This document shows, in pieces, positions 34,164 through 43,931 of a stretch of 46,698 bases of DNA. Every line of letters begins with the position of its first letter. The stretch's first letter is position 1. The notes beneath the pieces were generated by a model that was not told where the DNA came from, did not search any database, and saw nothing but the letters and a program-made list of their open reading frames with translations. The stretch covers positions 1 through 46,698 of the forward strand of contig CAZVUY010000003.1 in the NCBI GenBank assembly GCA_964630525.1, read 5' to 3'. The position numbers were made by a program, and so were the translations under genes. This DNA is from an uncultured Candidatus Saccharibacteria bacterium (GTDB lineage: Bacteria > Patescibacteriota > Minisyncoccia > Phycocordibacterales > WO2-35-19).

Positions 34164-35570
34164 TTATTTTCCAATACAAACATAATCGATCTTACTGTTT
34201 CCAAGAGTTTGTTGACTGAGAACTATTTGAGTTGCACTAACTGTGTAAGTGAATGCCTTGTTGGCAATTGCGTTTTGATTCGAGACTACACAATGAGGTG
34301 TTGCAACTCTAGATGTTGCAAAATTTAGGGTGCAAGAATCAGTGGTTGAACCCACAGTAATAGTGCCTCCAGTATCATCACCAATAACGGATGGAGAAGT
34401 TCCACAGGATGAAACTGTTGTACTATAACCATCGGCTCCTATGTGCCCCTTATTGTCAATAATGAATAAAGTGGTAGAAGAACCGATTATAAATGGAATT
34501 GAACTTGTAGCTTGAATGCTAAATGTTGCTACTGGCGAAGTAGTACCTATGCCAATTTTATTGTAGAAGACTGTTGAGCTGGCAGGTGTTAAAATGATGT
34601 TTCGGCTAGCTTCAAAATTAATATCGCCCGAAGTGTTGTTAAAGCTTATACGCCCTAAGAAATCGCTCAATGGTTTAGTGAAATCTATATACCCAGTACC
34701 AGTAGAAGGGGCTACTATTTCTATTTTCTGATTTGTATTCGATGCATCTTTTCCGAGAAAAACACCAGCGGTTGATGTGGAATTGCCCACAGATCCGTTT
34801 CCAAAGATACCAAAATCAGTAAAGAATAAAGTTGGAGCAGCTGTACATGTAAATGGAGTATCTGAGGTAAAAGTGGCGGAGTTGTTATTGGTCAATGTGT
34901 TACCATTGCCAGAATCATCCGTTCCGTTATTTTCGAATTTCCACCAACCTTGAAGATCTGATCCGTTACTAAAACTGCAAGGATTATTTTTTAAATTACT
35001 TATTTCAGTTCCTGATAACTGGCGAGACCAAATGCGAACATCGTCAATTAGACCATCGTACTGTCTTCCAGAAGTGTCTCTGCCTACCACAAAGTTTTCT
35101 GAGATATTTTGTATTGAAGATTCAACGCTTGTAGTTAGTTGTTTGTCTTGAGACCCGTCAACATACAGGGCGAGGGAAGTTGATGGGTTAAATACTATAG
35201 CGACATGGTGCCAAGCCCCATCATTGAGTGCATTTGTACTTTCATCAGTTATATCAAACGAAGATCCATTACTTGTTATTCCTCTAACTTTACCGTTGGT
35301 GTTTGCTCCAATTTGTATACCATACGCTACGTCAGTTGCTGCATCAAAGTGCCCTTTTACAACAAGTCCTCTCCCATCAGAAGTTTGCGAGGTTTTAACC
35401 CATAAAGCTAGGGTAAGGCTACTAGTAACGTCTAAACCAGTTTGCGACCCATCTGCTATAGACCAATATTGATTAGATCCGGAGTCTAGATCAGTTGAAT
35501 AATCAGCTAGCGCTGAAAGGGGAGAAGAAAATAGAAGAATCACTCCTATAATCGATGAAATTGTTTTCAT
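34164..35570 (-). CDS. Secreted LamG/concanavalin-A-like lectin domain protein with a Gly/Ser/Thr-rich, fibre-like C-terminal region
   Basis: 468 aa. Signal peptide MKTISSIIGVILLFSSPLSALA. LamG motifs LTLALWVK, WHHVAIVF and DDVRIWSRQLS. The C-terminal IGIGTTSPVATFSIQ resembles tail-fibre-type repeats. Confidence 0.7.
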   Translation of the reverse strand: MKTISSIIGVILLFSSPLSALADYSTDLDSGSNQYWSIADGSQTGLDVTSSLTLALWVKTSQTSDGRGLVVKGHFDAATDVAYGIQIGANTNGKVRGITSNGSSFDITDESTNALNDGAWHHVAIVFNPSTSLALYVDGSQDKQLTTSVESSIQNISENFVVGRDTSGRQYDGLIDDVRIWSRQLSGTEISNLKNNPCSFSNGSDLQGWWKFENNGTDDSGNGNTLTNNNSATFTSDTPFTCTAAPTLFFTDFGIFGNGSVGNSTSTAGVFLGKDASNTNQKIEIVAPSTGTGYIDFTKPLSDFLGRISFNNTSGDINFEASRNIILTPASSTVFYNKIGIGTTSPVATFSIQATSSIPFIIGSSTTLFIIDNKGHIGADGYSTTVSSCGTSPSVIGDDTGGTITVGSTTDSCTLNFATSRVATPHCVVSNQNAIANKAFTYTVSATQIVLSQQTLGNSKIDYVCIGK

Positions 35571-35744
35571 TTTTTAGATTAACAATTAATTAATATTAAT
35601 ACTACCAATTTTTTCTATACAATACAAAGTTATCACCACTTAATAGCAACGACAGAATTTGGAAAATTAATTCTTCAGCACTGGTATTTCGATTGTTTTA
35701 ATGAGATATACAATAGCTAAATATCTAGATATAAAATTTATTTA

Positions 35745-35774
35745 CAAAAAAGCCACTGAAATTTTCCAGTGGCT
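35745..35774 (-). terminator. Rho-independent terminator after the formyltransferase gene
   Basis: On the minus strand, AGCCACTGG pairs with TCAGTGGCT, followed by TTTTTT. Confidence 0.8.
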
Positions 35775-35783
35775 CCCTACTCA

Positions 35784-36527
35784 TTATTCGTCAAAGTGCA
35801 ACGAAATTCTTTTGCCATTTATTTCTATATAGGGGCCGGCAAAACCTGGCATAGAGGTAGCTCGGATGTGCCTTTCTATTTTTTCCTTGGGCCACGAAAG
35901 ATCAATTTTTTTCAGAAGATCGATCTCGTCTCTTTTATGAAAAGAAACCGATCTTTCTCCTGATTTTATATATTTTTCCTGCGGTACCGGAGTATAATCG
36001 CCCCGGATAATTGTCTCGATACATTCTCTAAAGAGAATGAAAGATTCAGCAACAGTGAGATCGAGCAGTTCTTTTACAAAGCACCCTTCAGGAATCGGGA
36101 AGCGCCTTTCGGCTATTATGTCTCCAGAATCTACGCCTTCATTCATCATATGCAGGGTGGTGCCAAAGATGGTGCTCCCATCTACAATCGCAAAAGAAAA
36201 TTGATTACAACCTCGATACTCGGGCAAGGGAGCCATATGAAGGTTGATCGCCGCCTTTGCGCTTTTTAGGTGCCGAGTTTTAAGTATTTGGTTGTATTGA
36301 ATTGACAGCAATACATCTAGCTCTCCAACGCTCGCCAGATCGTCTAGGGCAGGCAAAATATGAATTTTCTCCCGCTTGGCAAGATCTTCGATTTCTTGGC
36401 TGCAAGGAGCCTTTTCGTTAAAAAGGATTGCGGGCACTTCAATATCCAGCATGTCTCTTAGTGAGAGGAGATGCTCTAAGCATTGGTAACCAATTTGTTT
36501 GGCAATTAAAGGTACTATTTTTTTCAT
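35784..36527 (-). CDS. Formyltransferase-family protein (candidate sugar N-formyltransferase)
   Basis: 247 aa. Motifs INLHMAPLPEYRGCN and HMMNEGVDSGDII (formyl_trans_N). The short length argues against Fmt. Confidence 0.75.
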   Translation of the reverse strand: MKKIVPLIAKQIGYQCLEHLLSLRDMLDIEVPAILFNEKAPCSQEIEDLAKREKIHILPALDDLASVGELDVLLSIQYNQILKTRHLKSAKAAINLHMAPLPEYRGCNQFSFAIVDGSTIFGTTLHMMNEGVDSGDIIAERRFPIPEGCFVKELLDLTVAESFILFRECIETIIRGDYTPVPQEKYIKSGERSVSFHKRDEIDLLKKIDLSWPKEKIERHIRATSMPGFAGPYIEINGKRISLHFDE

Positions 36528-36594
36528 TTTTTACTCCGCGTTAATGTTACAGGCCGTTTATGATATGTCAAAGTTAAAACTAGAATGTGTTGTT

Positions 36595-37746
36595 TTATAA
36601 TGTAGATAAGAAATCTGAAAATTTAGACATTGTTTTTTCAAAATTGTAGTCTCGCAGGGTGCGGGCTTGTCCCGCTGCTGCAATAGCTGCTCGTTCTTTC
36701 TCGTGCTCAAGATAATACTTTATTTTTTCAACCGCCTCCTCTTTGGTTTTGTAAGCGACCACTTCTTTATCCATTTGAAACAAATCATTCAAATTTTCTT
36801 TAAAATCAGTCAAAAGCAAGGTTCCGGTGCCCGTCGCTTCCAATAAGCGCATATTGGCCGCTTTGTTGCCGGCGGCTCCTATGTGCGAGTTGAAGGTGAT
36901 TTTTGAATCGGCAAGCAGTTGATACATCTGGATTCCGTAAGCGGCCGTTCCGTTTTTTATTTTCAATTCTAATAAATCCAAAATTTCTTCAAAACCAAAA
37001 ACTCTCTTGTCGCTTCCCAAAATATTTTTCACAAATTCTTTGCCCAAGTGTTTATAGTCTGGCAAATGAGGGATAAAAGGAGAAAGATTTGTTTTGCGCG
37101 ACAAATGAGAGACTAAACGAAGCCGTTCATTGTGTCTGTCTTCGCCGCCCAAAATCGATCCCACAAAAGAACAGTTGATTGTAGGTTGTCTTTTTTCTAT
37201 TTTGTTTAATATACTTGCATCGAATCCTGATAGCATGTAAAGAGTTTTAAAACCCTTAGAATGATAATAATCAGCGACACTTTCTAAAGATGAGAGGACC
37301 ATATCACATCCAGCCAGCAACTTTTCATCATTTTTGGCGACACCATCCCAAGCAATGATCTTTAGCTTCGGATATTTTTGTTTCAATCTAAATCTAAATT
37401 CTGGAGTAATATTGACCAGGTCGTGAGCAAAAAAGACGTCTGGCTCAAATTGATCTATTTGGGCTTCCAATATATCTAATTTCCAATTTTCTTCCGAAAA
37501 TTTTAAGCCGTGCTCTCTAGCCCAAGCTTTTTGCATTGGCTCAGCATTAGTAACTATTTCCTGACCTTCAAACGGGCCAATTTTGGTTAGGTTTCTAGTC
37601 CAAGAGTCAGATGAAGCAAAACAATCACCAATGATGGCGTCGTAATTTTTCTTATAAGGAGCTTCGGTTAAGTTTGGTCTTTTTGCATAAAATTGTCGTA
37701 GGTAGTCAGTGTAATAAGAGCTTGCTTTTAGGAATTTAATTTTCAT
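36595..37746 (-). CDS. CgeB-like glycosyltransferase (DUF3880 plus Glyco_trans_1_2)
   Basis: 383 aa. NMRLLEATGTGTLLLTDFKENLNDLF...AYKTKEEAVEKIKYYLEHEKERAAIAAAGQ. Confidence 0.65.
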   Translation of the reverse strand: MKIKFLKASSYYTDYLRQFYAKRPNLTEAPYKKNYDAIIGDCFASSDSWTRNLTKIGPFEGQEIVTNAEPMQKAWAREHGLKFSEENWKLDILEAQIDQFEPDVFFAHDLVNITPEFRFRLKQKYPKLKIIAWDGVAKNDEKLLAGCDMVLSSLESVADYYHSKGFKTLYMLSGFDASILNKIEKRQPTINCSFVGSILGGEDRHNERLRLVSHLSRKTNLSPFIPHLPDYKHLGKEFVKNILGSDKRVFGFEEILDLLELKIKNGTAAYGIQMYQLLADSKITFNSHIGAAGNKAANMRLLEATGTGTLLLTDFKENLNDLFQMDKEVVAYKTKEEAVEKIKYYLEHEKERAAIAAAGQARTLRDYNFEKTMSKFSDFLSTL

Positions 37747-38845
37747 TATTGATAATTTTAGTTACGCATTTTATTTGCTCTTCTGTGAGTTCTGGAAACA
37801 TTGGTAACGATAGAATTTTTTTGCTTAACGAGTAAGCGATTGGGAAGTCTTTCTCGGTATACCTAAGATGTTGATAGCATTTCAGGTAAGGAAGGGCGGT
37901 TGGGTAGTGAATAGAAGCTTCTATTTCTTCCTCCTTTAATTTTTCTTTCAATCTATCTCTATTTTGTGATTGGATCACATATAGGTGATAAACATGTTTG
38001 TGATGGTCTGGTGTTTTTGGTGTAATTATATTTGAAATTATATATTTATCATACAATGCGGCATTTTTTATCCGGTTATTGTTCCATTTATCCAAATGTT
38101 TTAATTTTACAGATAGAATTGCTGCCTGCAGACCATCAAGACGACTATTGCGACCTTCAAATTCGTGCTCGTGACGTTTAAGCATTCCATGGTTGGCTAG
38201 CATCCTTGTTTTTATGGCCAACCCCTCATCGTTGGTCACAATAGCTCCAGCGTCTCCATAGCCTCCTAAATTTTTTCCTGGAAAAAAACTAAAAGTGGCG
38301 GCTACTCCAAAAGTGCCGACTTTTTTGCCTTTATACTCTGCTCCGTGGGCTTGGGCACAATCCTCAATGATTAAAAGGCTATGTGTTTTGGCAATCTTTG
38401 TGATTTCGTCCATGTCGGCCGGCAAGCCATACAAATGTACTGGTATAATAGCTTTAGTTTTTGTGGTGATAGCTCGCTTTATTTTCTTGGTATCGATGGT
38501 GTAGGTGGTTTGGTCTACATCAACAAAGACAGGGGTAGCTCCACAGCTGGAAACGGCTTCTGAGGTGGCAATCCAGGTGAGGGCTGGCACAATCACTTCA
38601 TCCCCGGGCCCCAAACCTAAAGCCTTAACAATAATTTCAATGGCGTCGGTACCATTACCACAACCAACGCAATATTTTGTTCCTATGTAGGCAGCAAATA
38701 CCTTTTCAAATTCTTGGTTATATTTATTACCTGAACCTCCTACAAATGCGGTGTCTCTGATGACGTTTTCAATTGCATTATCAATTTCTTTTTTTATCGA
38801 GACGTATTGAGCTTTAAGATCAACAAAAGGTATCATTATTTTCAT
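37736..38845 (-). CDS. DegT/DnrJ/EryC1/StrS-family PLP-dependent sugar aminotransferase
   Basis: 369 aa. Motifs CGNGTDAIEI, IIEDCAQAHGA and FSFFPGKNLGGYGDAGAIVT (PLP lysine). Confidence 0.9.
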   Translation of the reverse strand: MKIMIPFVDLKAQYVSIKKEIDNAIENVIRDTAFVGGSGNKYNQEFEKVFAAYIGTKYCVGCGNGTDAIEIIVKALGLGPGDEVIVPALTWIATSEAVSSCGATPVFVDVDQTTYTIDTKKIKRAITTKTKAIIPVHLYGLPADMDEITKIAKTHSLLIIEDCAQAHGAEYKGKKVGTFGVAATFSFFPGKNLGGYGDAGAIVTNDEGLAIKTRMLANHGMLKRHEHEFEGRNSRLDGLQAAILSVKLKHLDKWNNNRIKNAALYDKYIISNIITPKTPDHHKHVYHLYVIQSQNRDRLKEKLKEEEIEASIHYPTALPYLKCYQHLRYTEKDFPIAYSLSKKILSLPMFPELTEEQIKCVTKIINNEN

Positions 38846-38850
38846 ATTTT

Positions 38851-39864
38851 TTATAACAATGCACCACTGTATATTTTTTCGATCAAAGCTGTAGACTTCA
38901 TCCCTTCTGTTCCTGTCACTACAGTGTTCTTTTTATTATTCAAAAATAAAATTATATCCTTTATAACTTTATCGTGATTAGAGCTTGTCCCTTGGTAGTT
39001 GTGGTAAGTATTTGGTTTGTCGGTGAAATCTATATTTTGAGGAAGTGGGTAGTTTTTTATATCCCAATATTCAACTTCGTTTAGGTACTTGCCCCCAACC
39101 TTAACAGTCCCATGCTCACCCACCACAAGAATACTACCTTCGTAATTTTTATTGTATAGTGCGGTAGTCCAAGATATTGAACCCATAGCCCCATTTTTAA
39201 AGTTAAGTATAGTTTCCCCAGTATCCTCTATACCCAGCTTTTTATGACGTAAATTAGCTACTTTTGTTATGGTATTTTTTACATCCCCCATAAACCATAT
39301 AATTAAATCAATAAAATGACTTACTTGGGTAAATAACACTCCACCTTCCTGCTCTTTAGTACCTCTCCAGTCTGAATCTGTATAGTATCCCAAGTGTCTA
39401 TTCCAAAGAACGTTGCATTTGATCATTAGTATTTTTCCAAGTCGACCCTTATCGATAGCCTCTTTAAGTAATTTTATTGGTATATTGTGGCGATTTTGTT
39501 TTACTATAAACAAATTTACACCATTTGCATTTGCTGTGGAGATCATCTTTTTACACCCTCTTGTGGTGAGGGCCATTGGTTTTTCACACAGGATATGTTT
39601 CTTTTTTCTCGCTGCTACTATGGTCATTGGTTCGTGTAATAAATGTGGAGTACATATATTTACAACATCAATATCATTACGTTCGAGCATTTTTGTAAAA
39701 TCAGTGTAACAGTCGACCTTATAAGTGGTAGACACTTTATCCAAAACATCTTTTTTTATGTCACAGGCAGCAACTAATTTAGCATTAGGTTCAGCGTCAA
39801 TTACAGCTAAGTGTCTCATTCCTATATTTCCGCAACCAACGACAGCAAATCTTATCTTTTTCAT
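38851..39864 (-). CDS. Gfo/Idh/MocA oxidoreductase (WbpB/WlbA-like sugar 3-dehydrogenase candidate)
   Basis: 337 aa. Motifs IRFAVVGCGNIGMRH and HILCEKPMAL. Confidence 0.8.
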   Translation of the reverse strand: MKKIRFAVVGCGNIGMRHLAVIDAEPNAKLVAACDIKKDVLDKVSTTYKVDCYTDFTKMLERNDIDVVNICTPHLLHEPMTIVAARKKKHILCEKPMALTTRGCKKMISTANANGVNLFIVKQNRHNIPIKLLKEAIDKGRLGKILMIKCNVLWNRHLGYYTDSDWRGTKEQEGGVLFTQVSHFIDLIIWFMGDVKNTITKVANLRHKKLGIEDTGETILNFKNGAMGSISWTTALYNKNYEGSILVVGEHGTVKVGGKYLNEVEYWDIKNYPLPQNIDFTDKPNTYHNYQGTSSNHDKVIKDIILFLNNKKNTVVTGTEGMKSTALIEKIYSGALL

Positions 39865-39865
39865 A

Positions 39866-41764
39866 CTATTTGTTCCTATTTAATATTAATGTCACATTTA
39901 TATATGGCCAGAGAGTCGCACAATCCTGCCAGGTCCAAGAGTCGTTTGCCAAGTTAACTTCTACCATTTTTTTGATTTTTTGAAAATCTGTACCGGCGGC
40001 TTCCTGGAATTTTATCGAGTTTGTAATGCCTATTAAGAAAGGCTTTAGTGGGCCCTTGAACCATTCTATCATCGGAGCATTTAGTCCGATTTTTAATTTT
40101 CTGGTTCTGATCTCTTCCGGCATAATATTTTTCATACTGTCTCTCAAAATTCTCTTACTAAATCCGTCATATATTTTGTCTTCAAGTGGCAACGAAAATA
40201 TAAAGGTGACAAGTCGCCAGTCCATAAAAGGCATCCTAACTTCGGTGCCACTTTGCATTGACGCTCGATCAAAATTTCTTAGTATTGTAGGCAGAGTTCT
40301 TTTGTGAAAAGTATCGTAAACGATTTTTTCTAAATGATTTAGATTATTTTCTTTTGGATCCGGCTCTCCTAAGTAGGGGAGTGGATTGACGTAATCTTTC
40401 TTGTTTAATAATTTTCTAAATAACGCTACGCTATCAGTGGAAAGTTTGCTTTTTATTTGTTTTTTTATTTTTGAAATCAGGTTTTCTTCGTTCTGATTGG
40501 TAAAAGTTGATCCGTTTTCACTAAATATTTCATCAATATTAAATCTGCTTGGGTTCGCTGCAACGAATTTCCTGGCTTCTTCATATAATGATCGGTATCC
40601 AAACAGCATCTCATCAACTCCGTGGCCATCTAGAGAAACTTTTACGCCATTTTCTCTCATTGCTCTGTAAATATTGGCAACAACTGAAATTGGAGAAACG
40701 TAGATATTGTCAAATTGCTTGGTTGATCGGATGATCTCGTCAGTGATCTTGGAAAAATCTTGTTCAATGTATACGGCCCGACCCTTGGTGTGCTCTATGA
40801 CCAGGTCGGCATATTTCTTTTCATCGTACTCGGTATTTTCGAATACGCCGGTAAATGCCTGCTGCCAATTTTGAGGAGATCGTTCCACTTGAGCCTCTCT
40901 CATTATTTTGCTTATCGTTGAATAGACAGCAGATGAATCGATCCCACCAGATAGGGCGGTACCTATCGGTACATCGCTCCGCATCCTCAGTTTGCAAGAA
41001 TCTTCGAATATTGAAAGGAATTCTTTCACTCGATCAGTATATTTTTCTGGCAGATTCTCCCTTAAATTATTTAAAGTGCTCCACCATCTCCTCTGTTTGG
41101 GATATTGGTCGCTGGCTTGTAATTTTAAAAAATGTCCAGGCAACAATTGGTTGATATTTTTATAAATAGTATGGCCGTAACCTTCTAATGAGAAAGGGTC
41201 TTTGATGGCCAATCCCAATGTTTTCTGATCAAGCTCTCTTTTGTAGCCGTCTAAATATTTGAAAGCGATTGTTTCCGAAGCGAAGGCAAATATTTTATTA
41301 GGGATAAATAAATAATACAAAGGTTTAATGCCAAATCTGTCTCTAGCAAGAAAAATATTTTTTTTCTTAGTATCCCAAATAGCAAAAGCCCACATACCGT
41401 TGAAATGCTCAACACACTTCTCACCCCACTTATCGAAAGCGGCGAGGATCACTTCGGTGTCAGTGTCTGTTTTAAATTTATAACCGAAACTAATCAATTT
41501 TTGCCTTAGTTCCAAAAAATTATAAATTTCACCATTGAACACGATCCAATATTGATTGTTTAGATAGGACATCGGCTGGGTACCCATGTCGCTCAAATCC
41601 AGGATCGACAATCTTCGGTGTCCGAGTCCCAGATTTACACTATTTTCAATAAATAGCTCTGAACCATCTGGACCACGATGAGACAACGAGTTGTTAAAAC
41701 GCGACAATTTCTCTCGTGAAATTTTGGTGTGATCTAGTTGCCAAATACCGGTAATGCCACACAT
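39866..41764 (-). CDS. Asparagine synthase (glutamine-hydrolysing) family amidotransferase
   Basis: 632 aa. MCGITGIW (Cys2 Ntn nucleophile), PP-loop LSGGIDSSAV, and RMPFMDWRL. Confidence 0.85.
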   Translation of the reverse strand: MCGITGIWQLDHTKISREKLSRFNNSLSHRGPDGSELFIENSVNLGLGHRRLSILDLSDMGTQPMSYLNNQYWIVFNGEIYNFLELRQKLISFGYKFKTDTDTEVILAAFDKWGEKCVEHFNGMWAFAIWDTKKKNIFLARDRFGIKPLYYLFIPNKIFAFASETIAFKYLDGYKRELDQKTLGLAIKDPFSLEGYGHTIYKNINQLLPGHFLKLQASDQYPKQRRWWSTLNNLRENLPEKYTDRVKEFLSIFEDSCKLRMRSDVPIGTALSGGIDSSAVYSTISKIMREAQVERSPQNWQQAFTGVFENTEYDEKKYADLVIEHTKGRAVYIEQDFSKITDEIIRSTKQFDNIYVSPISVVANIYRAMRENGVKVSLDGHGVDEMLFGYRSLYEEARKFVAANPSRFNIDEIFSENGSTFTNQNEENLISKIKKQIKSKLSTDSVALFRKLLNKKDYVNPLPYLGEPDPKENNLNHLEKIVYDTFHKRTLPTILRNFDRASMQSGTEVRMPFMDWRLVTFIFSLPLEDKIYDGFSKRILRDSMKNIMPEEIRTRKLKIGLNAPMIEWFKGPLKPFLIGITNSIKFQEAAGTDFQKIKKMVEVNLANDSWTWQDCATLWPYINVTLILNRNK

Positions 41765-41770
41765 AAACTA

Positions 41771-43030
41771 TCAATTGGTTAGCTTCCAATCCTGTTTTAA
41801 TAAAATCTTACTTTGGGTGGGATCTGGCAGTTTGCCTGTTCCGAAAAAATCTCCAAAAATTACTTCAAAAATCGCAGCCTCTTTTATCCAGGTAGACATA
41901 AAACCATTTATTCTTATGGCTATATTGAATCCGTATATCCCTACGTTTAGTGGTAAATTATGTATTTTGCAAACCGCCTTTCCTTCGCTAGGGAAGTTTT
42001 CCCACGGTTGCTCTGGAGAAAGATCGGCCAATTGAGTATGAGAAGAAATATCCGTTAGAGCAAAGGCAAATTTGATTGATTTGTTTTGAACACTCGTTTT
42101 GTATTTAACTACAAGGTTTATATCTTCTCCGGCATTAACCATCGAAACTTTTTTACCAGCGCTGTTTTCTACCCAAGCCTCGGTGACACTGATTTCGCCT
42201 GTATCAGTCATTGTCTCCTTGCGTGCCCTTAGATCATTTTGTTGATTTCTACTGCCGGTATAGTGAAGGATCGCTTCTTCTGTTTTGCCCAAAAAAGATA
42301 TTTGACCATTGGTTAAGACAAGGCATTTGTTGCATAAGTCTCTAATCGCTTCTAGGTTGTGGCTCACAAACAAAATGGTGCGGTCTTCTTGTTTGGTTAT
42401 CTCATCCATTTTACCCAAACACTTTTTCTGGAATTCTGCATCGCCGACCGCCAATACTTCGTCTACAATCAAAATGTCAGGCTCCATATGGGCGGCTACC
42501 GAGAAAGCCAATCGGACATACATGCCGCTTGAATAATGCTTCACGGGAGTGTCTAAAAATTTTTCAATTCCAGCAAAATCTACAATTTGATCAAATTTTT
42601 TTTCTATTTCTCTTTTTTTCATGCCCAGGATGGCCCCATTTAAGAATATATTTTCTCGGCCGGATAATTCTGGGTGGAAACCGGTGCCAACCTCAAGTAG
42701 AGAGCCCACTCTGCCCCGCAAAACCACCTCACCTTCAGTTGGTGGGGTGATTTGGGACAGGATTTTTAGCAAAGTTGATTTGCCGGCACCATTGGAACCT
42801 ATTATTCCTACCACCTCTCCTCTTTCTATTTTTAGATCTATATTTTTGAGTGCCCAAAATTCCTCCTTTTTTTCTAGACCAGTGGCTTGTTTGAATTTGG
42901 ATTTAAGAAACAAGAAAGGATATTTTGCCACATTTGTGATCACATCGCGTAAGGCAATATATTTACCTTTGGCACGGTTGATCTCATATTTTTTCCCTAG
43001 CCCCCTTATTTCTATAATCGGTTTATTCAT
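41771..43030 (-). CDS. wzt: Glycan-export ABC transporter ATP-binding protein (Wzt/TagH type) with a C-terminal Wzt_C-like beta-sandwich extension
   Basis: Walker A GIIGSNGAGKST, signature YSSGMYVRLAF, and Walker B ILIVDE. About 170 extra C-terminal aa. The start was set at ATG 43030 (MNKPIIEI), 1 nt after the wzm stop. The track start is 43060. Confidence 0.85.
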   Translation of the reverse strand: MNKPIIEIRGLGKKYEINRAKGKYIALRDVITNVAKYPFLFLKSKFKQATGLEKKEEFWALKNIDLKIERGEVVGIIGSNGAGKSTLLKILSQITPPTEGEVVLRGRVGSLLEVGTGFHPELSGRENIFLNGAILGMKKREIEKKFDQIVDFAGIEKFLDTPVKHYSSGMYVRLAFSVAAHMEPDILIVDEVLAVGDAEFQKKCLGKMDEITKQEDRTILFVSHNLEAIRDLCNKCLVLTNGQISFLGKTEEAILHYTGSRNQQNDLRARKETMTDTGEISVTEAWVENSAGKKVSMVNAGEDINLVVKYKTSVQNKSIKFAFALTDISSHTQLADLSPEQPWENFPSEGKAVCKIHNLPLNVGIYGFNIAIRINGFMSTWIKEAAIFEVIFGDFFGTGKLPDPTQSKILLKQDWKLTN

Positions 43031-43031
43031 T

Positions 43032-43850
43032 TTAAATAATGTCAGCGAAATATCTCTCAACTTTTTTGAAATAAACTATACCGACTACCAACATCAAAAA
43101 GCAGGCTAGCGCTGAAATGCCGATCAGTGTCCAGTTGATCACCGTCGCTCCAAGTATGGCGGCTCTGGCAGTTTGGATAACCCCTGTCATTGGGTTTAAG
43201 GCAAGTATCCAGGAATATTTACCGGCGATGCTAGCGGGGTAAATGACGGGTGTTAAAAACAGTAATATTTGGATAAAAAATGGTAAGGCATAACGCACGT
43301 CTCTATACTTCACATTTAGAGCAGAGAGGAAAAATCCAAGGCCAGTTGAAGCCATAAAGGTGATCAAAAGAAGAAGGGGGATAATCAAAAGCCCGCCGAG
43401 ATAAGGAGTGTAATTGTAATAAAACATCATTAAAACCAAGATCGAAGCGGCGATCAAAAAATCTATAAATTTGGTAACAACAGAGGAGATGGGCAGGATT
43501 AATCTAGGAAAATATACCTTGGTAATAATCGATTGGTTGCCGATCAAGGAGTTGCTCGTTTCGGCTAGTGCACCAGAAAAAAATTGCCAGAATAATAGTC
43601 CAGTGTAAACAAAAATAGGATAAGGGACCCCGTCTGATGGTAAGCCGGCCAGTTTGCCGAAAAATATAGTGAAAACAACCATAGTGATAAAAGGTTGCAG
43701 AATAGCCCAAAGGATACCGATGGCGGTTTGTTTGTATCTAACCTTTAAGTCTTTCCAGCTAAAAAAATAAAGGAGCTCTCGATATTGCCAGAGTTCTTTT
43801 ATATCTCTAAGGCTGAAAGTTTTGCGTGGCCTGATGACCGTGGTCTCCAT
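43032..43850 (-). CDS. wzm: ABC-2 type glycan-export permease (Wzm/TagG type)
   Basis: 272 aa with 6 TM segments. WQYRELLYFFSWKDLKVRYKQTAIGILWAILQP is typical of the ABC-2 family. Confidence 0.85.
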   Translation of the reverse strand: METTVIRPRKTFSLRDIKELWQYRELLYFFSWKDLKVRYKQTAIGILWAILQPFITMVVFTIFFGKLAGLPSDGVPYPIFVYTGLLFWQFFSGALAETSNSLIGNQSIITKVYFPRLILPISSVVTKFIDFLIAASILVLMMFYYNYTPYLGGLLIIPLLLLITFMASTGLGFFLSALNVKYRDVRYALPFFIQILLFLTPVIYPASIAGKYSWILALNPMTGVIQTARAAILGATVINWTLIGISALACFLMLVVGIVYFKKVERYFADII

Positions 43851-43931
43851 AGTTATTCACCATATAATAGCAAGAAGAAAGGCTTTTTTAAAGCCTTTCT
43901 AATCTCGATCTCATCGTGTATTATAAACGCT

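Noticed and set aside
43785-43931. N-terminal extension of the Wzy_C/TPR ORF
   Set aside because: It overlaps the 5' end of wzm on the other strand. ATG 43932 is followed immediately by the first TM helix and preceded by a -10-like TATTATAA.
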